In this document: positions 46,401 through 57,100 of the stretch, in pieces | Layout: every line of letters starts with the position of its first letter | Numbering within the stretch: the first letter of the stretch is position 1 | IMG/VR virus record: IMGVR_UViG_3300010885_017276 | Span: 60,056 to 124,055 of that record | DNA from: a virus | Strand: one strand, 5' to 3' | Length of the DNA stretch: 64,000 bases | Translations under genes and position numbers: made by a program | The notes under the pieces: model-generated | What the model saw: the letters and a program-made list of their open reading frames with translations, nothing else | Told to the model about the DNA's origin: nothing | Databases searched by the model: none

Positions 46401-49400
46401 TGATTTTCTGGGAGCTTTCCTATTGTATTATTGTATTCTTGATCAAATGAATATGGTGCGTTTTTTCTACCCCCCCAAGTACCATCCTTATCTAATTTAG
46501 ATGGATCATACTGTTTATAGTATTCTTGTAATGCAAACGCCCTAGGGTCTTTTGTTATCTTATTATTATCTTTATCCCAGCCAGCATTGAAAACAAAGTC
46601 CATTGCTTCGCCTATCTCCATTGCACTTGCTTTAGGCATTATTTTTTGTACCTGTGGATATATGCTATTCATTAATACCTTTCTGTATACAGGGTCGCTA
46701 TAATCAGGATTGCCATTAGTGCCGTCTAAAGGTGCACCACCTGGACCACCTCTTAACTGTTCGTATTCTAATATTTTATCAGCTTGATGTGCAACGCTGT
46801 CTCTTTTTGTGGTGTAAGTACTCGGTTTATTATTGTAAACAATCGGTGCTGTAAAAGGTTTTTTTGATTCCGCTGAAAACCCTGCATTTTGGTATTCGGG
46901 TAAATCTACTTCACCACCTTCTGCCCAAGTACCAAATCTTTTATGCCAGTATAGTGGGCTAAAGGGATCATTAGCTTTAGCTGAATCTCTACCTCCCATT
47001 CTATCCCAGAATCTTTCTTTTCTGTCTTTTGAACCGTGTTGAGAAAAGTCTTTCATACCATCATATCCTCCATGGACTATCTTGTATTGGTCTCCTTTTC
47101 TAGCAAGTACCATCCATTTTTTACCTGGTCGTGTTGATTGCTTTTTTGCTCCAACTTTAGTAAACCCTGCATTTTTGTATCTGTCTGGTATTCCCCCCTC
47201 TTTGTATTGTGGGGTAATTGTTACATTGTCTCTTAGTGTGTTTACCCTTTCGATTGCTTTAGGGTTTGTAGAATTACCATACTTATTTTGCCAATATGCA
47301 TTTTGTGCATCTGCTTGTTGCATTGCTCTTAACGCTGTTTGTTCATCAGCATTTTGTAGATTATTAGCATAATATGGTTGAGATCCATCCATTCTCATAC
47401 CTGAATAATTTACATTATATGAATTAGGACTTACTGCTTCAGGTCTTATAGTTGATATTGGGGTTTCTATGTTTAAATTTACTAGACCTTGAGGTTTTAG
47501 ATTGGTTTGTATTGATTGTAATTTAGGTCTTTGAACTATTACTTGTCGTTCTGGTTTTTTCCAAACAGGAAATTGATTACCATTATTTTCTCCTACAATA
47601 CTAAGTGCAGCATAAGGTAAAACTTTAGATGTTTTAACATTTTCATTAACTGCATCAAATCCAGCTTGTAATGGTTTCCAATACTCATCACGAGTACCAT
47701 CTGGGTTTACAGCTTTTTTAAAATACTCAAGATTTTTATAATTATTTTTATTATATAATTTCTTCTTCTCTTTTTCTGTATATGTATTATCTAGAAATTC
47801 TTTACTAACTTCTACATCATAACTATCTAAATTTTTTTTTCCCACTGTGGTTTTTTTCAATAAATCGAAAGCTTTTCTTCCTCTTTTATATGAAGACAAA
47901 CTATCCTGATAAGCTACATATCCAGGATCTTTTTCTGATTCTACATATACTATACCTGCTTTTTGGTATTGATTAAGTGCTCCCCCTTCTTTGTATTCTT
48001 GGAGTCCTTGGTATGTATTAGTCATAGGAGCTACTTGCTTGTAGTTCCTTGCAAAGTAATCTGCTTCTTCTGGAGAACTAAATACTATATCCTCCGAAGA
48101 TGCTCCGGGGTTTTCAAAGTATTGTAGTTGTTCTTCCCCTGTGTCTTGTAATAAAGGTCTAGCATAGTTACCCGTAGAAGACATATAATGTGTCCCCATT
48201 CCTTCAGGTGTCATACCTGTTTTAGGCATAGCTTGTGACATTCTTACAACAGATGGGTTTTGGAAAGCGTTGCCCATACCTATCTTAGATTTCATCATAC
48301 CGGTCATGGCTGTGTTATAATCATCGTAGGTTTCTTCCATCATTCCGGGCTCTCTTTCTCTTACGGTTTCATTAAACCACTCTCCCCCGTCTTGGTATAT
48401 TGCCTTAGAATAATCCTTTAGATTATACTTTTTATTTATGTAGTTCATCAATACAGGATCTGATCTTAATACCTTGTAATCTTCCATTACCATTCTTTGG
48501 TAATTTGGATCGTTTGGGTTATAGTTTTTTAATCCTTTTTCTTTTATAAAATCAACAGCCATATCAAATGAATCTGCCCCCTTTATATTTTTTGTATCTT
48601 TTAGTTTATTGTCGTATTGCTCTAACAGTCTTGGGTGTTCCGCCAAGTGTTTTTTCATTGCGGCTTCGTCCTTTATACTAAAATACCAGCCTTGATTATT
48701 TGAAAAAGATTTTACCCCCGGTACATCTTTGTCTGCTAGGAATTTTAGTGGGCTTTCTGGTCTGTAGTCTTCGCTTGTATTCCATGCGGAAGCCATTGCT
48801 TTCTTGCTAGTCTCTACAAACTTACCTACTTGTTTACCCTCTCTAGAGGAATAACCTTTTCCAAATACAGACTCTCTACCTATTATTGCTAATAGTTCAA
48901 ATGGATCTATATTCTTTTCTTTAGCAGTCTTGAAAGCTTCATCTACTATATTAGGGTTTATACTTGCGTTTCTGTATCTACCTTTAGTTAGTAATAATCT
49001 TTGTGAATTATTTTTTATGTAGTCGTTTTGGTTAAGAGTGTCTGACTTCTTTTTATTAATATAGTCATACTTTTTCTCCATGCTGGCAAAATCAGTAGGC
49101 TTTGTATCTAGAATTTTTTTATTCTTTGCTATCTTTTCCTCTTCATCATCTTCCCCCGTAAAAAACTCTGTAACAGTTGATATCACAGGATCTACATAAG
49201 TATTCCAGAATCCACCCCCAGTTTGATACTCTGGCATTTGTGGTGCTTGGTATTGGGGTAGTTCTATCTGTGGCATGCTGTATACTGAATTGTCTACAGG
49301 TGCTTGTTGTTGTGGTGCTTGTTCTTGTTGCTGTGCTTCTTGGTATTGGCTGTTTAGCTCATCTAAGAAGTTCTTTTCGTTTTCTTTTTGTGCTAGTTCG

Positions 49401-50014
49401 TTTTTTGCTTGTACAGCTTCTGCATCATCCGGTGATTCTGTGTCTTCTGATGAACTACGTGTGTTCATAAAAGCATCAAACTCGGCTCTTTGTTGAGGGC
49501 TTAATGCATCGTAGTTTTGTGTTAGATAAGATATATCTAAGGTAGGTGCTTGTTCTGATATGTAGTCTACATTTTCATAAGGCGTACCTGATAAAATGGA
49601 ATTAGCAACTCCTACCCTTTGTCCAACTGATTGTTTTTTAGCCCACTCTGCTGGTTTTTCGTAGTGATTCATAAAAGCTATAGCAGCCTCTTGTGGATTT
49701 TTAGCACTATTTAACCCCTGCATAGCCTTAGCATATGCCGGACTATTAAGTTCTTCTACTACGTAATCTAATTGAGTTGTAAGGTTATCGTACCTTTCCC
49801 CTCTTTTTTTAGCAAAGTCTAATAGTCCTTGCTTTCTTTCACTGTGCCATTGGGCTATTCCGATAGATCCCATATTATCAGCCTTACCCACTACTGTGGT
49901 ATCAAAATTTGATTCAGCTTGTAAGTTCCCCACTATACCTGCAGCTTGCACAGGAGTTAATCCTCTACTAATTAAGTGGTTATAAGCAAATCTACTTTTA
50001 TCGTTTATTGGCAT
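43469..50014 (-). CDS. Modular virion protein: N-terminal phage-tail lysozyme, SLT-like, PG-binding and other modules separated by xxGG motifs
   Basis: AAGIVGNLQAES...GIAQW; DPFELLAIIGRES; LQKKL...GY...DGKFG..T..AL; 13 xxGG/xxAG motifs. Confidence 0.85.
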   Translation of the reverse strand: MPINDKSRFAYNHLISRGLTPVQAAGIVGNLQAESNFDTTVVGKADNMGSIGIAQWHSERKQGLLDFAKKRGERYDNLTTQLDYVVEELNSPAYAKAMQGLNSAKNPQEAAIAFMNHYEKPAEWAKKQSVGQRVGVANSILSGTPYENVDYISEQAPTLDISYLTQNYDALSPQQRAEFDAFMNTRSSSEDTESPDDAEAVQAKNELAQKENEKNFLDELNSQYQEAQQQEQAPQQQAPVDNSVYSMPQIELPQYQAPQMPEYQTGGGFWNTYVDPVISTVTEFFTGEDDEEEKIAKNKKILDTKPTDFASMEKKYDYINKKKSDTLNQNDYIKNNSQRLLLTKGRYRNASINPNIVDEAFKTAKEKNIDPFELLAIIGRESVFGKGYSSREGKQVGKFVETSKKAMASAWNTSEDYRPESPLKFLADKDVPGVKSFSNNQGWYFSIKDEAAMKKHLAEHPRLLEQYDNKLKDTKNIKGADSFDMAVDFIKEKGLKNYNPNDPNYQRMVMEDYKVLRSDPVLMNYINKKYNLKDYSKAIYQDGGEWFNETVREREPGMMEETYDDYNTAMTGMMKSKIGMGNAFQNPSVVRMSQAMPKTGMTPEGMGTHYMSSTGNYARPLLQDTGEEQLQYFENPGASSEDIVFSSPEEADYFARNYKQVAPMTNTYQGLQEYKEGGALNQYQKAGIVYVESEKDPGYVAYQDSLSSYKRGRKAFDLLKKTTVGKKNLDSYDVEVSKEFLDNTYTEKEKKKLYNKNNYKNLEYFKKAVNPDGTRDEYWKPLQAGFDAVNENVKTSKVLPYAALSIVGENNGNQFPVWKKPERQVIVQRPKLQSIQTNLKPQGLVNLNIETPISTIRPEAVSPNSYNVNYSGMRMDGSQPYYANNLQNADEQTALRAMQQADAQNAYWQNKYGNSTNPKAIERVNTLRDNVTITPQYKEGGIPDRYKNAGFTKVGAKKQSTRPGKKWMVLARKGDQYKIVHGGYDGMKDFSQHGSKDRKERFWDRMGGRDSAKANDPFSPLYWHKRFGTWAEGGEVDLPEYQNAGFSAESKKPFTAPIVYNNKPSTYTTKRDSVAHQADKILEYEQLRGGPGGAPLDGTNGNPDYSDPVYRKVLMNSIYPQVQKIMPKASAMEIGEAMDFVFNAGWDKDNNKITKDPRAFALQEYYKQYDPSKLDKDGTWGGRKNAPYSFDQEYNNTIGKLPENQRRILMNRGRDWYYQNTAPKGSTWDLKTQGPHPNYSSTWYGRIHNTNDYKPFNPNNPKFTKKEMGGYYQKGGKQNPITTREDFDPGILSNIPGLTSFASGNQPGYNRYEQYGPLGDLYRYYGGQPLEHGVLVESQNKPSTSKDKNAKYISLNHDREFVNEVLDNYERVLSGKLDKGESKLGNDSWQVNGYSSAGKDAHKTIKQGSEHHSNAIGRYILGKGEDEKGEYISYYDKFDQGTGSGMNPGEALGLTKPFEIYDRIYLKDVNRKFKNGGELIKRADGSYSRRGLWDNIRANKGSGKKPTKQMLEQERKIKAKYENGGYLTQNEQIPLSELKRIYSNNELIDMLTHMSNGGSYGLPMYQEGGAKEANPVKIVTLQDADGTMRKVRTDSQEYADLYKSGNLQSGDISENADRETWFGGELDQVNVVGKKKTVLTPAGVVTSIGNPISLRNNIVTRDNISSMQLKLKDEANDRLVEKSTIPTFIQDKVTPSSEEKIIKVPYKEKKEEYVVVRDAISKFEPKIEKQLRDKKTMASINSQVNQKMKELKEIDPDIHKAVKMSEVMTLQKKLYDLGYDLGDYGKNKDGIDGKFGKMTKKALEEFEITGSSPKSNLSLEQEERIARLRKPEQKGFLTRTTEYLDDKQQQLINSAKGTASEYLPYNLQYNPKLDTVGPSNETEGSYKYLLDNKSLSDIRKEKNISFLQITQNKGEWNKVLPLQLKDRIVNSTNPQGYAPDTTVDEEGKTQFTFFDRLASEKSKNKQVKRLPGVKGNRREDIYRMYSGLPQKYDTFTASSFKAGNNSDTNVTFKNPEDVADYIKIAATHTNLFKRLANGEITPETIAKDKTSGKKGGEKINKAGFRDPKNVMWNATFGIDFDKKGNPYLSFYDNWDLKGKDDLAVAESAFGSPIEIYDRIPLTPGLIKQMANLKYKADDSGASDVVPTDDKSLEKLTRQIAESPDMQKEYAKILEQIKQRYK

Positions 50015-50025
50015 TTTATAGTTAT

Positions 50026-50058
50026 AAAAAAGTTAAGCCCCTAGTTGTATTAAGGGGC
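50026..50058 (-). terminator. Intrinsic terminator overlapping the downstream promoter
   Basis: Minus strand gcccct...aggggc followed by ttaactttttt. Confidence 0.65.
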
Positions 50059-50088
50059 AAAATTAAGAAAATAAATTCAAATTACAAA
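50058..50088 (-). promoter_or_regulatory. Bacteroidota-type promoter
   Basis: Minus strand TTTG-N19-TAATTTTG. Confidence 0.75.
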
Positions 50089-50093
50089 ATTAG

Positions 50094-51155
50094 TTAAATT
50101 TTTGATTGGCTAGTTGTAAACTTGAATACCAAACTATATCTACTGTCTTTATCGTAGGTAAGTCTATTTAAAAACCAATTACCTGTAAGTCTTTCTAACA
50201 ATGGTCTGCCCTTAAAGCTTACTATGCTAGGATTAGTAAATATCTCTATTTGATTGTCATCTCTTAGTATAAATGGTATATTACTAACATTGTTTTTTAC
50301 TCTATTATAGAAGTAATTGTAGCTCCATTCAAAACTATCAGAATTTGTAATCATAATATCCTGAGTGTTATTAGCATTAGTCTTAGGGTATTTGTTAGAG
50401 TTTGTTATTCTGTTTGCCTCTGGTATAAGATTTAAATACCCCGATGTTCCAATATTATTGTAGATTATAGACTTATTAAAGGTTATAGCGATATCTGAAG
50501 CATAATCGTAGTCGTTGTGGTATCTTCTAGTCTCTGTCCACAAATGTACGTTATTTAGAGTCTTAGTCAAGAACTCATCTTTAATACCATACTCTAAAGT
50601 AAACGGATATTTTTGTCCGTAGAATACTTGGTAAGATTTATTTGTAAGTAAGTGTGACCAAAGCCCTGTTCCAAAATCTGCTGGAGGTGTTGGACTAGCA
50701 CAATCTAATTGCCCCTTAATTTCTGCATTTGTGTATACTAAACTTCCTGTTAACATACATGGTAAAGTAGCTGTAGCTCCTCCAGTAATTGTTCCAGAAA
50801 TAGGTGTGTTATCTCCATCACAAGCTGTACCTGACCAATTTGTTGTGCCTGAAGTATTAGTCAAATAATAAGTTGTGCAATACAATGTAGCAGGTATATA
50901 GCAGCTATTTACTCCTGTTTGGAAATAGCTGTTGTGACTTATATAAAAGTTTGGTTTAAAGCTGTAGAAACTTAACCAAGATCCTAGTATTGGAGAATAA
51001 GCTGCTGTCCAAGATACGTCCTTGAAATAATCTGTATCTTCTAAACAAACTGGTATTATGTTATCATAGGTTGGAGCCACGCTGTCTGGTGTTTGACAGT
51101 AGGGTATTCCATCTATTAATACTAGTGTTTCTCCGGTGTTACAAGTACATGGCAT
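50094..51155 (-). CDS. C-terminal portion of tail stabilisation (muzzle, P22 gp10-like) protein as a separate gene
   Basis: SWTAAYS...WLSFYSFKP...LWSH...FYG...RLTGNW matches my recollection of the crAss-like Tstab C-terminus. Confidence 0.65.
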   Translation of the reverse strand: MPCTCNTGETLVLIDGIPYCQTPDSVAPTYDNIIPVCLEDTDYFKDVSWTAAYSPILGSWLSFYSFKPNFYISHNSYFQTGVNSCYIPATLYCTTYYLTNTSGTTNWSGTACDGDNTPISGTITGGATATLPCMLTGSLVYTNAEIKGQLDCASPTPPADFGTGLWSHLLTNKSYQVFYGQKYPFTLEYGIKDEFLTKTLNNVHLWTETRRYHNDYDYASDIAITFNKSIIYNNIGTSGYLNLIPEANRITNSNKYPKTNANNTQDIMITNSDSFEWSYNYFYNRVKNNVSNIPFILRDDNQIEIFTNPSIVSFKGRPLLERLTGNWFLNRLTYDKDSRYSLVFKFTTSQSKI

Positions 51156-51177
51156 ATTTTATAATTTTTTATTGTTA

Positions 51178-54100
51178 TTAGACTCCAATTCCATCTACTA
51201 TATTCCAGGAATATGTCCCAACAAGTATTGCTCTACCAGCAGCTCCTGGGATTGTGTCATAATTAATATTGCTAAAATCTATATTTATAGGAGTTTGAAC
51301 TGATGGTAATGAACTCCAACCATCGTAGATTGCGGCAAGATTTGCTGATGAGAAGTTTGTATTACTTTTACCCCACATAAATCCTTCAGATGCAGCTGGG
51401 TTATCAAATAATGTGACAGATGAAATATTCCAACTTCCTATATTTTGGTCAAATGCGTATGCACTATTAAACATAGCTGCCATATTGGTTACATTGCCTA
51501 CATCCCAATTACCGATTGGTTGATTAAATAAAACTGCACCAGCGAACATAAGGTTCATAGTTATAACTGAAGAGGTATCCCAATTACCAATTGGTTGGTT
51601 AAATGAACCTGCACTTAAAAATACAGAAGTCATATTTTCAACTGAAGTTGTGACCCAATTATTAATATCAGGGCTTCCTCCATTATTAAATGCTGGATTA
51701 TTTCTAAACATGCCTTGAATAGTTTTAACATTAGACGTATTCCAACTTCCTATATTTTGGTTAAAGACCACTGTTGGTCCACCACCACCTCTATCAAACA
51801 TACCAGATAAATCTTCAGCATTAGAAATATCCCAAGTTCCAATTGGTTGATTAAATGCAGAAGCCTCTGAAAACATAGCGTTCATAGTTATAACTGAAGA
51901 GGTATCCCAATTTGTAATATTTTGATTGAACATAAGAGCTAATCGGAACATAGTACTCATATCCGTAACATTACCTAATGTTGAAGTATTTCCAACTGTA
52001 GTTCTTTCCCAGTTAGCCAGAGGTTGATTAAACACCAAACATCTATAAAACATCCCAGACATATTTGTAACAGTGCTAACTTTCCAAGCTGCCAAGTTTT
52101 GATTAAATACAAGACAGTTTGCAAACATTGCTGAAGTCGTAATAGCTGAAGACATATCCCAATTATTTAACCCAAATCCTACTGCTCCTACTGGCATACC
52201 ATTGTTAAACTTATCACAACCATTAAACATGTTTAAAAAGACTTTACAATTTGAAACATCCCAATTAGATACTGCACTATTAAAATTAGAGCAATTATTA
52301 AACATTCTATTAAAACCTGCTGTGACAGGAGAGGGGTCAACATAAACTTGTGAAACATCCCAAGAATTTAAGTTATTGATAGTTGTAATAGATGAACATC
52401 CAGTAAACATGTAATCAAATCTCTGATTTGTATAGGCTAAAGGTGTATCTACGACAGTTGATAATGTAAGATTAGTACATCCCCAGAAAGCCCCTTCAAT
52501 TTTAGATTTCCAAGGACCCCATCTTAAAATACTTCTAATTTTTGATATAGATACAGCATTAGGGTTAGCCATAAAGCTGGGGTTATAATTATAAAATGCC
52601 CATCCTTCAAGCCTTCCGTAGACTCTAACCTCGTGGTCTCCAATATTTGGATATGTATGAGTTATATTTGCAAGTTGATTATTTGAAGTTATAGTTGGAT
52701 CAACTTGATAATCCCAGTGGATAGTTCCAGAGTATGTACCACCTACATTTAAGTATGGTAGTGTTATACTTTCATTTGGTGTAGTTGTTCTGAAAACTGC
52801 TATAAATGGTATAAGGCTTACTTCATCACTAGCTACATTGTCTACTCCACTTATATCTGGATTACTTGATGTTACACTAGCTATGTTTAAGAAATCTCCT
52901 GTTGCATTCATAGTTACAGTGAGTGTAAGTGTTGCACTAGCTTGTGGTGCTAGAGTACCTATTGTCCAAGTTGGAGCAACCCATGTACCTGTTGAAGGTG
53001 TGGCACTTACAAGAGTATAACCTGAAGGTAGTTCATCGTTTACTACTACATCATTAGCTTGGAAACCACCAACTAAAGGTTCATTATTTGTAACTGTTAC
53101 TGTAAATACTACAGTACCTCCTACAAATTGTTCAAAGACATTAGCTGTTTTAGTTATTGTTAGGTTGTCAAAACAGTCTGCTGGTCTTTGTATAACACCC
53201 TCACATAGTTCTGTCAAAGGATTATAAGAATAACCATCTGGACAGCTTGGGTCATTTTCACATAGACTCACATTGTAGAAGTATCCTTGGCCTTCTATAA
53301 ACTCTATACAGTCCTTTACAGGGACGTAGTCTTTTTTGGTAATGAATACCCTTCTATGTCTACTGTCCCATCCCATTGATATACCTACTCCATTGTAAGG
53401 ATTATCTATGTCTGCATTTTTTATAGTGCGGAGAATTTTAAATGGTAGATGCTCTTTGAACCAGTTTCTCATTCCACTTGGTTTATCTCCTGCAACAGAA
53501 GATATTTCTGTCATACCTTCTCCTCCAGATGGAACTTGGATTACTTGTCCTCTTTTTGCATCTACATAGAAATGTCCGTATTCATTAGATGAATAAGCAA
53601 AATTTTGAGTGCCTCCAAATCCTAGTTTAGTGTTATGGAAAGATGTGCTTCGTCTTTGGAAGAAAGAATTTCCGCCTAAGAACTTAGCTGTAACTTGTCC
53701 ACCGTCATCTACTTTGCTGTCTACTTTATTATATAGTACAGATGTATTTTCAAATCTAACTAATATAGCTTGGCTTTCTGCATCTACTATATCTTTTAGT
53801 TTACCGTAGTTAGACGGAAAATCAAAGCTGTCTAATGGTCTGTATATTAACCAAGGATCATATAATGAATTTTCTGAACTATCCGGCAAACTGGCAATAA
53901 TACCATTTGGCATATCTTGTATACAGTCGTAGAAAGATTTGTTGTAATCATTTGCTAGAGTTCTACTTCTTATTAAAGAGCCTCCAACAGAATATGAGCT
54001 GTTGTATTTGAATACGTTTCTGTCTCGAATTGATACTGTCTCTTCTTGAGTCCATTCTCCTAAATCTCCTACCAATGGGTAGAAACTATCTTTTGGATCT

Positions 54101-57100
54101 CTACCTGCGTATCTGTAGTTTGTGTTTATTCTTGTCTCTGTCAAGAAGCTAGGTACTCCGTAGTAGTACAGATAGAATTTGCTAGGCGGTTCATAGTAGT
54201 TACCTCCATGGGTTGTGCCTCCGTCAAATGCTAAACCGTAGTCAATATCTGGAAATAAAACACTTCCAGAAGCAAAGTTAGGATTTATCTCATAACTTAC
54301 ATAGAACTTAGGGTTTCTACCTATATTGCTATAAAAGTAGTAGTTATAAGGCATCAAGTCTGCCTGTTTCATAGCCGTAACTAAGAACATTGGCATCTTT
54401 CTCTTTAGTGTATGTCTTGATATAAATGTATCTCCTCCAAATATAGATAAGCAACTTTGTAGAGGATTTAATAAATCTCCTACATGAGATGTGGTTTTCC
54501 ACTTAATAGAATTAAGCGTACCATATTGTGAAGGCAGGTAATTTTTGATAGCTACATACGGAGAAGCGATGTTTTTTAATACTTCAGAACTTCTTCCTGA
54601 TTGATCTCCAACTCCTGCAAGTGTCGCCCAAGTTAAGCTGCTGTCTCCACTAGATTGGTCGTAGTTTCTGTATGTAGGTGGGTAAGACATGATATGACTG
54701 CCAAATGATAAAAATACTGACTCTTCTCTATCTAGATTATTTACAGTTATTTTTTCTGCTGTAACCTGATTTGTAAGTATGTATCTTCCATCTTTTAGGT
54801 ACTTAATTATATTAGTCCCTCTAAGAAGATTACCTTCCGTTTGGGAAGCTTCTAGGTAGTTGTAATTACCTTCACTAAAGTAGTAATAAGCAAAGTTGTG
54901 AGCAGCTCCTAAATCTCTGAATATTTTTAACCACTCATATCTTTTTTGACCGTATCTAAATACTATTCCTTCTATTGTCATAAGTGTTCCGACAAGTACA
55001 GTTGCTGCTATAGATGTTGCGGAACCTGTAAAGTTTTGGTCAACCCCCCATGTCCATCCTCCCCAGTATCCTGTGCGGAAGTTTTTACTACTTTCTATTA
55101 ATAGTTCAGATGTTTTTAGTACTACTTCTAATGCCACTTCTAATGCTGCAAGAGTTCCGGCTAAGTCTTTAGCTTTTGCAGATAAAATAGTCCATTTTGG
55201 ATGTCCTTTTACTTCATCAAAGTGTCCTCTTGACATACCAAAAACATATCCTTGTACAGACATTTCTGAAGGTAACGTAGGTCTTTCGTAATCTGTCTCC
55301 GGAGAATGGAAAGTGTAGTTTCTATTTGTTTGGCCCCACACTACACCAAGTGCATCTGTTGATGTATCCGAATCTAAGTTTAAGCCATCTTCTGCATAGG
55401 TATTGTAAGGGTAATTTGAGTAGTGTATAGTTTTACTTTTTTCTGTATACTTTCTCATATCATACAATAACCCGGAGGCCACTATACTTCTATTTAGTTC
55501 TATATCACCTCGGAATATTTCGTACTTAGTTATTTTGTTTCTGTCTTCTTTTGTTATAAGACCATTTGATACAGCTATGTCTAAGAATGAGTTTATAACT
55601 GTCTCATCTATAGTTACACCTAATGGAAATACAGTACTTTCTCCAAATGGGGATATTTGAGTATCCGTCATAAATGGAGCTACTTTGTTATCTGGGAATC
55701 TAAAGTGTCGTATATTTCTACAAGTAAAATCTACTACTTTTTTTGAAACTGCCCCAAAAGATTCAGTTTTAAATTTGTAGTACCCGTCAAGTTCTCCATC
55801 AGTAAATGCGTCTTCAAATTTTGATTGTATTGATAATGGTATTTGAGAAGAGGCTATATTTAGAGTGGAAGAATTAAATAACTCATCGTTGTCTGCGTAT
55901 GTTTGCTCACTTTCCCAAAATGCAAAGTCCCCTCTTTTAAATGGTATTGCCTTACAGGCTTGAACTATAGGTTGTTGAAATGTACACTCTGCTGTATATA
56001 TAAACTTCTTAGCAAGAACAATGCTATCCCAAGTAATATCTATTCTTGAATATTGTATATCTCTTTTAGTTATTGTATAACAACCCTTTGTTGGTTTTAC
56101 TATAAACCTATTTTCAAAAGCTATGTTATAATAAGTGGTAGAAGGGCCCATAACTGGAGCCTCAATATAATTTTTATCTGAGTTAGTATCTATAAGATCT
56201 GACTCTATAAGGGTATCTATTACTACATAGTACTTTTTAGAAAAAGAGTTTGCAATATATGTAGGAGATGGTGAAGGTAGTATTGTTACTGTCGAACAAC
56301 TTACATTTGTAGGGTCTGATAAAGTTACATTTAAGTCGTAGTTATAAACCCCTGGAGAAATCTCCACTCTCTCCATTAATATCATTATTCCATTATCTAC
56401 ATTATTTACGATAAATGATAAGTAGGGTGTTGAGTCAGAGCAACTTTTAAATAAGGATACTCGGTAATTGTTATTTGGATTAACGACAGCAGTATCATTT
56501 GTTATTAAAGATTCTAATTTTTGTTTACTTAGGTCTACTATCCATTTTTTTCTATCTTCTACTTCTCCTTTGAACCATAGAGCATTCTTATGCATATACT
56601 TAGTATATCCAGATGCAGACAAGGACATTGTAAATCCTGAGCCTACACCAGGAACCGCTTTTTCTATATACGCTACTGAAGATGCATTATTTGTTATAGT
56701 TATGGTTGCTCCAGATCTAGTTACATTACAACCTATGTTAGCTGCTTCTATCGCAGCTTCATGTAATGTCATAAAGTTTATTGCGGTCTGGGTATAGGAT
56801 GTAGCATAAGTGGCAGTATAAAATGCTCCATCTATGTATATATCAAGTGTATCACCTGCTGTAGGTGCAGTAGCTAAATCCTTATTTACGAAAGTAAATG
56901 ACTGTGTATAATTTGCTGTTGATCCTGTAGTATAAGCTAAATTTGATTTTGAAGTATCTATAACTTCTGTTAAATCATCGCTTATTTTATAGTTGTTAAA
57001 ATAGCCTTGAGCATTATTTGTGGTTGTATCATTTTTAAGAATTATATCTAATGCATCAATACAATTTTCATTTGCAAAACTTGAATTTCTTACTAATACT

